A stretch of DNA of 64,000 nt, taken from an uncultured Candidatus Saccharibacteria bacterium (GTDB taxonomy: Bacteria; Patescibacteriota; Minisyncoccia; Phycocordibacterales; UBA2100). The translations under genes and the position numbers were made by a program. The notes under the pieces were generated by a model, which worked only from the letters and a program-made list of their open reading frames with translations, had not been told where the DNA came from and ran no database searches. Of this stretch, positions 57,289 through 64,000 are shown one piece after another. Position 1 is the first letter of the stretch. The number at the start of each line of letters is the position of its first letter. The DNA lies in assembly GCA_964399865.1 (NCBI GenBank), contig CAYNRJ010000001.1, positions 202,050-266,049 on the forward strand. Direction: 5' to 3'.

Positions 57289-60237
57289 TCACCAGTTTTT
57301 GAAGAAGCTTCGGTATGCGCCCGTTAATAATCCGAGGGCGACACCGATTTTCTTTTCATTTATTTCTATCGAAAGCGATGTCCCACCTACTTCTCCCACT
57401 CGTACACACGAAACTTTCTTCATCAGTGATTCGAAGGCCTTCTCATTCCCTCTCCGGATTGAGACGATAATGCGTCCCTGGCTCTCAGAGAAAAGAATCT
57501 GCTCTGGAGTTGATGCGGTTCCAGGAATACTCTGGAGCTTTACTTCAACTCCCAACTGGCCCGCTACTGCAGTTTTTGCGAGAGCAACCGCGAGACCTCC
57601 GCGCCCCACACCGATTGCCGATGCAACAAGACCTTTTGAGATTGCAGCGGTCAAAGCATCGTAAATTTTTGCGTTCTTTTTTGTATCAACAACAGGAACA
57701 TGGCCTCCCTCTGATCCAATGAGTGCTGCATATTCAGACGCTCCAAGCTCGTCATTCGTCTCACCAAGAATGTAGAGTACGTCCCCTGCGTGCTTTAGAT
57801 CGAGTGTCATCGCCTTAGTGACGTCAGGGATAACACCGAGCGCCGAGACGAGAAGCGTTGGAAGAGCTGCAATGTGAATCGGTTTGCCTGCCTCAGTAAA
57901 TCCGCGAAAATCATTAAACATAGAATCCTTTCCGGAAATAAACGGCGTACCGTACGCAACTGCTGTTTCGTAGCACGCTTCGGCTGCGCGCTTTAATTCA
58001 TACAGTCGTTCCGGTTTTTCCGAACTAGACCAGCAGAAGTTGTCGAGAATAGACAAGTGTTCACGAGTGGCTCCTGCGACGATCGCATTTCTTACAGCTG
58101 TATCAATCGCGGCTGCAGCCATCGCATGCGCATCAATCGCCGAGTACCACGGTGTGTATCCATGCGCGAGGACAATGCCCCTCGAAGAATTTGAGAGTGG
58201 CTGTAGTACCGCGCCTTCAGTATTCACTCGTCCAGCGCCTTGAAGCGGTTTCGTAACAGAAGACCCCTGCACCTCGTGATCGTACTGAGCGGAAATAAAC
58301 GCGGTCGAGGCAATACTTGGCCGTCCAAGAAGAGCGAGGATTGTTTCCTCCGTATCAGCCGATGGCAATGCAGTGAGGTCTGACCTCATTGCATGCACAG
58401 GAGGAGTACTTCTTTGAATCTGGACTGGACGACCGTCGTGGAGAAAATCGAGGGAGAGGTCCATGACCTTCTTCCCTTTGTATCGAACGACGACTTTCCC
58501 TGATTTTGTGAATTCCCCTATTCGAGTCGCTTCCACATCGTGACGATCCATTATTTTCTTGAACGTCGACCATTTACTCTTTGGAACAGAGAGCGTCATT
58601 CTCTCCTGGGATTCAGAGAGCCAAATCTGCCATGGCGAGAGTCCCGGATACTTTAGCGGGACTTTTTCTAGATCAACCACACATCCACCTGATTCACGAG
58701 ACATCTCACCTACAGAGCCGGACAGTCCACCTGCTCCGTTATCAGTGATACTTGAGTACAGACCCTTGTCCCGCGCCTCTCGAACGATGGCGTCAGAGAA
58801 TTTCTTTTCGGTTATCGCGTCACCTATTTGGACCGCAGTTGCAGGAGAGCCCTTGGATAGAGATTCTGAAGAAAATGTCGCGCCATGGATTCCGTCGAGA
58901 CCGACTCTGCCACCGAGCATCACGATGAAATCGCCCGCTCGTGCTTTCTTTTCATGCATTTTGCGTCCATTCACTTTCTTTGGGATGAGGCCTACTGTCC
59001 CACCAAATACGAGCGGTTTTCCACGATAACTTGAATCGACTGCAAGGAATCCGAGTGGAGCCGGGATACCGCTTTGATTTCCGCCTGCGTTAATGCCTTT
59101 GACGACACCTTCGAGAATGCGTCGTGCGGGAAGAAGTGGCTGTTTCTTTTCCTGATCTCTATAAAGCATCGTCTCGTCGTTCGGGTCGGCGACGCAAAAG
59201 CCGTACACGTTCGCGATCGGCTTTGCTCCGAGGCCAAATCCTAGCGTGTCGCGATTAACACCGACGATTGCTGTCACCGAACCTCCGAATGGATCTAAGG
59301 CCGATGGCGCGTTGTGCGTTTCTACTTTATGAGTGACAAGATATTTATCATCGAATGTAACTCCTCCTGAATTATCTTTAAATACGGATACGCAGAAATC
59401 TTTCTTCCCTTTTTGCTTCCGGATTTTTTCTGTTGCCCCCTTTATATACTTACGATAGATGCCATCCTTTACTTCATCGAGTGGGTCCGCAAATATCGTG
59501 TGTTTGCAGTGCTCTGACCACGTTCCTGCGAGCGCTTCCAGTTCCACATCTGTCGGATTTCGTTTAAGGGTCTTGAAATGTGCTTGGATTGTCTTCATCG
59601 CAGTAAGGGAGAGCGCAAGAGGACCACGCCTTAAGCCATCAGTATTTTTTATACCTTCTTTACCGATGCGAACGAGCTCCTCGTCAGGCACATCGAGATC
59701 CACGATATCCGCTTGGATGGTTTTTTTCTGCAATATGACTTTCGGAACGATCATTGGAAAACCCTTCTTGGATTCCTCGTATGAATAGATACTGGCGCGC
59801 TCAATAAGAGGATTATGCAGTTCTCGCGCCATAGCTTCCGCTTCCGAGCGCGAAAATGTGCCTTCCATAAATAGAAAAACAGACGAGTACACTGCTTCGT
59901 CCGTCTTTAATTTCCGGTCTGTCAGATCCTCGATCATTTGTCGGACTGTGTTCCCGACATTGTCGGTAACTCCCGGAAGAAATCCGATCTCAATCGCGTA
60001 TGTAAATGTATCCGGGTGTGGAATGCCACCGATCGCATACGTTTCGATGACAGGATTGGCGAGCTGGTTCGCAGCCCTCATTAGTTCCGTATGCGAAAGC
60101 TTCGCATCGATCGTATAAACCGCTGATGTGGAAACTCTAGAAAGAGAAACGGCCGGGAAAACGGCCTTTAGTGTGGAGAGATAGTTTCGGGCGCGCGCGT
60201 CCCCTACTTTGGAGGATACCGCTATCCGACTTGTCAT
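57289..60237 (-). CDS. purL: FGAM synthase subunit with N-terminal PurS-like extension
   Basis: WSEHCKH, KVETHN, SESQERM and ISGKDS motifs. Confidence 0.96.
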   Translation of the reverse strand: MTSRIAVSSKVGDARARNYLSTLKAVFPAVSLSRVSTSAVYTIDAKLSHTELMRAANQLANPVIETYAIGGIPHPDTFTYAIEIGFLPGVTDNVGNTVRQMIEDLTDRKLKTDEAVYSSVFLFMEGTFSRSEAEAMARELHNPLIERASIYSYEESKKGFPMIVPKVILQKKTIQADIVDLDVPDEELVRIGKEGIKNTDGLRRGPLALSLTAMKTIQAHFKTLKRNPTDVELEALAGTWSEHCKHTIFADPLDEVKDGIYRKYIKGATEKIRKQKGKKDFCVSVFKDNSGGVTFDDKYLVTHKVETHNAPSALDPFGGSVTAIVGVNRDTLGFGLGAKPIANVYGFCVADPNDETMLYRDQEKKQPLLPARRILEGVVKGINAGGNQSGIPAPLGFLAVDSSYRGKPLVFGGTVGLIPKKVNGRKMHEKKARAGDFIVMLGGRVGLDGIHGATFSSESLSKGSPATAVQIGDAITEKKFSDAIVREARDKGLYSSITDNGAGGLSGSVGEMSRESGGCVVDLEKVPLKYPGLSPWQIWLSESQERMTLSVPKSKWSTFKKIMDRHDVEATRIGEFTKSGKVVVRYKGKKVMDLSLDFLHDGRPVQIQRSTPPVHAMRSDLTALPSADTEETILALLGRPSIASTAFISAQYDHEVQGSSVTKPLQGAGRVNTEGAVLQPLSNSSRGIVLAHGYTPWYSAIDAHAMAAAAIDTAVRNAIVAGATREHLSILDNFCWSSSEKPERLYELKRAAEACYETAVAYGTPFISGKDSMFNDFRGFTEAGKPIHIAALPTLLVSALGVIPDVTKAMTLDLKHAGDVLYILGETNDELGASEYAALIGSEGGHVPVVDTKKNAKIYDALTAAISKGLVASAIGVGRGGLAVALAKTAVAGQLGVEVKLQSIPGTASTPEQILFSESQGRIIVSIRRGNEKAFESLMKKVSCVRVGEVGGTSLSIEINEKKIGVALGLLTGAYRSFFKNW

Positions 60238-60421
60238 GACTTACTATACCGGATTTTGGTTGAATGCGCAAGAGGCCACAATAAATGGCTTTGTTACAGG
60301 GTTTAGTCGCGCGCGCAACGAAGACACGTCCTCTGGTCCTTGCGTGTCTTTATGTACTTACCTCCGCACTTACAGATGAGGATTTTAGCGCGAAGCGGCT
60401 GTGGTGGTTTTGCTACCCATT

Positions 60422-61798
60422 TCATATGCGTGTTCGGCGAGAACGTGATGGCCCTCGACTGTGTGATGATCCGGAGCGACTTCCTCCGCGTGAAGGACCT
60501 CCTCGGCCACCTCCGCCAAAAGAAGGTCGTCCTCCGCGATGTGGAGCGGAAGAAAATCCGCCGGAAGAGTGTGGGCGTGAGCTTGGAGCAGAAGAGAAAC
60601 GTCGTGGTCCGTATCCACCTCTACGCGGCTCGTCTGAAGAAGTGTCAGGCGGCAACGCGCGAGCAGGAGGAAGTTCTGGGAGCGCGGTTATTGGCACAGT
60701 CTTTCGGATCAATCGTTCGATGTCACGAATCTCACGCTTTTGATTTGGCTCAGCAAAGGATATCGCGTGCCCTGTGCTTCCTGCGCGTGCAGTACGTCCT
60801 ATGCGGTGTACGTAATCAGCACTTTCCGTTGGAAGATCGTAGTTAACGACAAGCTCAATATCTTTGACGTCGATCCCGCGAGAAGCAATGTCTGTTGCAA
60901 CAAGCACTCGGTATCTACCATTCTTGAATCCCTCGAGGGCCTCCCGGCGCTGACTAAGAGAACGATTACCGTGAATCTCGGCGACAGTGTGTCCCATGGC
61001 TTTGATGCCGCGCAGTATTTTCTTGGCGCCGTGTTTTGTGCGAGAAAAGACGAGTGAGGAACCGTTATACGAACCGAGAATCTTCTCAAGGAGTCGGATC
61101 TTCTCATCTTTACGAACGATAAAGAATTCCTGACTTACACGATCTGCAGTTGTTCCTGGTGGAGCAACTTCGATGCGTGTAGGAGTCTTCATGTGCCCCG
61201 TTACAAGCTCCATAATTTCTGGTGAGAGAGTTGCTGAGAAAAGCATGGTCTGTCTCTCCGTAGGACATACTGAGATTATCTTTCTGACCTGCGGCCAGAA
61301 ACCCATGTCGAGCATGCGGTCAGCCTCGTCGAGCACGAGTATTGCGACGTGATCAAGCTTGAGTGTTCTTTGCGTAAGGTGATCGAGGAGACGGCCAGGA
61401 GTTGCGATGATTATGTGAGGATCACGGGAAAGCGCAGCGATCTGCGGACCCATCGAAGTGCCGCCGATAAATACCGCTGTGCGGATACCGAGAGGACGTC
61501 CGATCCTTGAAAGAGTCTCTTCTACCTGCAGTGCGAGTTCGCGAGTTGGGAGGAGTATGAGTCCACGGCCCTCCATAGAGAGAAGTCGCTGTAATATGGG
61601 GATTCCGAAGGCAAGCGTCTTTCCTGTACCTGTCTGAGCGACCCCGATGACGTCCTTCCCCTCTATGGCTGAAGGAATCGCCTGTGCCTGAATTGGCGTT
61701 GGTTCAACGAATTTGAGAGACTGGAGTATCTCTAAGACCTTCGGGGCGATCCCGAGGCTATGAAATGTCCGCTCTGAAGGCGTTATGGTCGAATTCAT
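60422..61798 (-). CDS. DEAD-box RNA helicase (RhlE-like)
   Basis: AQTGTGKT, PTRELA, DEAD, SAT and HRIGRTAR motifs; RGG-rich tail. Confidence 0.96.
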   Translation of the reverse strand: MNSTITPSERTFHSLGIAPKVLEILQSLKFVEPTPIQAQAIPSAIEGKDVIGVAQTGTGKTLAFGIPILQRLLSMEGRGLILLPTRELALQVEETLSRIGRPLGIRTAVFIGGTSMGPQIAALSRDPHIIIATPGRLLDHLTQRTLKLDHVAILVLDEADRMLDMGFWPQVRKIISVCPTERQTMLFSATLSPEIMELVTGHMKTPTRIEVAPPGTTADRVSQEFFIVRKDEKIRLLEKILGSYNGSSLVFSRTKHGAKKILRGIKAMGHTVAEIHGNRSLSQRREALEGFKNGRYRVLVATDIASRGIDVKDIELVVNYDLPTESADYVHRIGRTARAGSTGHAISFAEPNQKREIRDIERLIRKTVPITALPELPPARALPPDTSSDEPRRGGYGPRRFSSAPSSRPHSSGGFSSAPHRGGRPSFGGGGRGGPSRGGSRSGSSHSRGPSRSRRTRI

Positions 61799-61896
61799 GC
61801 TCAAAAAATGGCTAAAAGCCAGGAAAATTTGTACAACGAAGAGTACCACAAAAATACACTAAAAGCAATGCTTCCCCTCCTTCCCTATCACAGACG

Positions 61897-62301
61897 CTAT
61901 TTAGAGGTCCTAACCTTCGAAGATGTAGCTTTCTCCTTCTTCGTATTCTCTTTAACCCTCAATTTCACGATTTTACTTATGAGAGGCAGGGGCAAAGACC
62001 CGGTCAGAGGAAACTGAATCGTACCTTTCGAGGTTTGATATTTAGAAAGCGCCTTACTAAATGAGCGCACTCCCAAGGATGTTGGGAATAGGCTCACGTG
62101 ATCCTTAAACCCCCCAAAATAAACAAGCGGGCCGTTTAATTTATACGCAGGCATTCCGTAACTAATTGTCTCTTCCGCAGTTGGAGCGGCTTTCTTTATC
62201 GTTGCTCGCATTTGCTTTAGAAGTATTGCTGTTTTCCCATCAAAACTTTTAAGGTAAGTTTCAACATCTTTATAGACCTTCATTCGCATAGAGTTATTCA
62301 A
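61897..62301 (-). CDS. DUF1801 (YdhG-like) protein
   Basis: EETISYGMPAY and SKGTIQFP motifs. Confidence 0.9.
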   Translation of the reverse strand: MNNSMRMKVYKDVETYLKSFDGKTAILLKQMRATIKKAAPTAEETISYGMPAYKLNGPLVYFGGFKDHVSLFPTSLGVRSFSKALSKYQTSKGTIQFPLTGSLPLPLISKIVKLRVKENTKKEKATSSKVRTSK

Positions 62302-63229
62302 AAATATTCACGAGATACTTATCAATTTCACGCTGATCCATGTCGTAGAAGTTTTTCCCAGTATCATGCAGGTAGGTAGCGAGCTGAACACCCACAAACC
62401 TCCAGTGCCATGGCTCGAAAACGTAGTATTGATTACCTTTTGGATATGAGAGTACAAACCCGTAGCGATGTGCATTATTGAGCATCCATTGATAACCTGG
62501 AGTTTTTTCGAATCCGTTTAAAGATCCATTCATACCCGGAGAAATAAGATCGATAGCGGTGCCAAGCTGATGTTCGGAGTAACCTTGATCAGCAGAGAAT
62601 TGATTCGCAGTCCCCGCTCCATAGGTAACGGTGTACTGATTATTGAGCGCCTTTTGCTCATCAAAGGGACGATACGCGGAAAACACGTAGAGCTGTATTT
62701 GGTTTTGCGCAGCTGCTTTTAGCATCTGTTCCAAATGCGGATAGACTTGTGCATGAATGGTCTGACTGCGTTGCTCGCTATATCTCAGCTCCTTTGGTAT
62801 CTCGACAACGTCAGAGGGTACATAGTGTTCGTTAAGGAAAAAGACACGAGAATATTTTTGCAGAAGCTCCTCATCGATACGAGTCAATTTATCGAGCGTC
62901 GAAACATTGTTTGATATGACGCCGACTTCTTGCTGAAAGCCGCTAAGTCGTTCCTGAAGCGCTGCAAGTCGCGCACGCTCCGTATCTAGCTCGCTCCCGA
63001 AAAGCCCTTGGACTTCTTCTATGCTCGCCAGCATGAGTGCAGTCGTTGATGCAATACGACCCTCAAGTTCCGTATTCTTTGTTTCAAGCGCGGTAATACG
63101 TGTATATCCTTGCCAGAAAATGAGTCCTAGCAAAACAACAAAGACGAGGCTGATGCCTCCCATTAATACATACGTCCTCGGCATTCTTTTGAGAGCATGT
63201 ACTGCTGCGTGTGGATGAGAAGTTGTCAT
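62294..63229 (-). CDS. M15B D-Ala-D-Ala carboxypeptidase with coiled-coil stalk
   Basis: SAYR, SEHQLGTAID and EPWHWRFVG motifs. Confidence 0.92.
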   Translation of the reverse strand: MTTSHPHAAVHALKRMPRTYVLMGGISLVFVVLLGLIFWQGYTRITALETKNTELEGRIASTTALMLASIEEVQGLFGSELDTERARLAALQERLSGFQQEVGVISNNVSTLDKLTRIDEELLQKYSRVFFLNEHYVPSDVVEIPKELRYSEQRSQTIHAQVYPHLEQMLKAAAQNQIQLYVFSAYRPFDEQKALNNQYTVTYGAGTANQFSADQGYSEHQLGTAIDLISPGMNGSLNGFEKTPGYQWMLNNAHRYGFVLSYPKGNQYYVFEPWHWRFVGVQLATYLHDTGKNFYDMDQREIDKYLVNIFE

Positions 63230-63271
63230 ACTTATAGAAGATACAGTATACAGCGAACGTAAGAGGCGACG

Positions 63272-63445
63272 CTAATCTTCTAATTTCCTGTCACGGGCAC
63301 GCTTCATATTCTCTTTCATCCCTTCTACGAGCTTGGTCCAAGAAAGAATACCTATTGCATCCCTCACTGCCTCTTGCTCTTTCTCAGTTAGCGGATACCT
63401 CTTAAGAATCTCAGTGAGTCTTTTTACTGCCTCATTGTCGTTCAT
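63272..63445 (-). CDS. Small hypothetical protein
   Basis: 57 aa helical ORF. Confidence 0.55.
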   Translation of the reverse strand: MNDNEAVKRLTEILKRYPLTEKEQEAVRDAIGILSWTKLVEGMKENMKRARDRKLED

Positions 63446-63483
63446 ATTTGTTGTTGCGGCCGCCGTCTTTGATTGAAGCAATC

Positions 63484-64000
63484 CTAAGCCATTCGACGCG
63501 TTAAACGCCTCAGGCCTTCAGACTTTGCGTATTCGTAAAAGGGACCAAACAACACACCGGCGAGGAACCAAAAGATGAATTCTTCAATCGGAACACCCCG
63601 TATTAAGATCCCACTCAATCCATCCCAATGATACGTCTGCTGGATCCAATCAGGAGAGATGAGAATAATCGTTATATAGAAACTCAGAGATACAAATGCC
63701 ATTAGCGCTCCGCTAAGTAGACCATCAATTATTAGATCGCGTCTATCCCAAAAAAGTATGGTCGCTACAATGATCATTGCAATGGAGCTAGCGTAAAAAG
63801 ACGATATCCCAACACCCCAGAAAAGCCACGATGTAAGGCAGCCGAGTAAAAGAAGCAACGTAAGACCTCCGAGGTGATGAGCCTTTGCCTTCGCTTTATA
63901 TAAACGCTTCCGAAATAGAACTTCGTACGCCGCGGCCATAATTCCTCCGGTAAAGAAACCTATAACGAAATCCTCTACGCCAACACGAGTGCCCGTAATT
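63484..64000 (-). CDS. Lycopene-cyclase-domain membrane protein (start outside window)
   Basis: Repeated GVEDF / PIEEFIFW motifs between TM helices; frame open to the window edge. Confidence 0.7.
   Translation of the reverse strand, partial: ITGTRVGVEDFVIGFFTGGIMAAAYEVLFRKRLYKAKAKAHHLGGLTLLLLLGCLTSWLFWGVGISSFYASSIAMIIVATILFWDRRDLIIDGLLSGALMAFVSLSFYITIILISPDWIQQTYHWDGLSGILIRGVPIEEFIFWFLAGVLFGPFYEYAKSEGLRRLTRRMA

Noticed and set aside
51385-60846. Many plus-strand ORFs opposite the pur genes and helicase
   Set aside because: Antisense shadows of well-supported genes.
1-64000. CRISPR array, cas genes, prophage, rRNA or IS transposase
   Set aside because: No regularly spaced repeats, or cas, phage structural, transposase or rRNA signatures, were seen.

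Overview
This 64 kb window looks like bacterial chromosome from a CPR/Patescibacteria (Parcubacteria-like) genome. That assignment is inferred from gene content, compact and often leaderless genes, and CPR-type small proteins. Core content: six tRNAs, prs, greA, an mreB-mreC-(mreD-like)-PBP2 cluster plus a second mreB, proS, rseP, frr, holB, def-fmt, raiA, split comEC, cspA, aspartokinase, two OmpR-type regulators, a MASE1 hybrid kinase, an ABC transporter, purL-Q-K-E-M-C-B and a DEAD-box helicase. The main novelty is a ~6.25 kb element integrated at the tRNA-Asn 3' end (16699-22948). It encodes a large serine recombinase whose C-terminus is swapped by integration, and a DUF3800 protein followed by a structured RNA candidate. 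It also holds an extra intact attP-like copy in inverted orientation, and a flavoprotein-reductase-nirK cassette between 151 bp inverted repeats; this NirK has Gln in place of the type-1 Cu axial Met. A second theme is a TTCAN-N6-TTCAN direct-repeat box about 11 nt before -10 elements at about 9 promoters. These include a module of a sigma-region-2-only protein, a response regulator and a DHp-only protein, suggesting an uncharacterised stress regulon. Also seen: three orphan structured RNA candidates, a ClpP homologue lacking its catalytic triad, and small ORFs missed by the track. All assignments come from reading motifs by eye; no searches were run.
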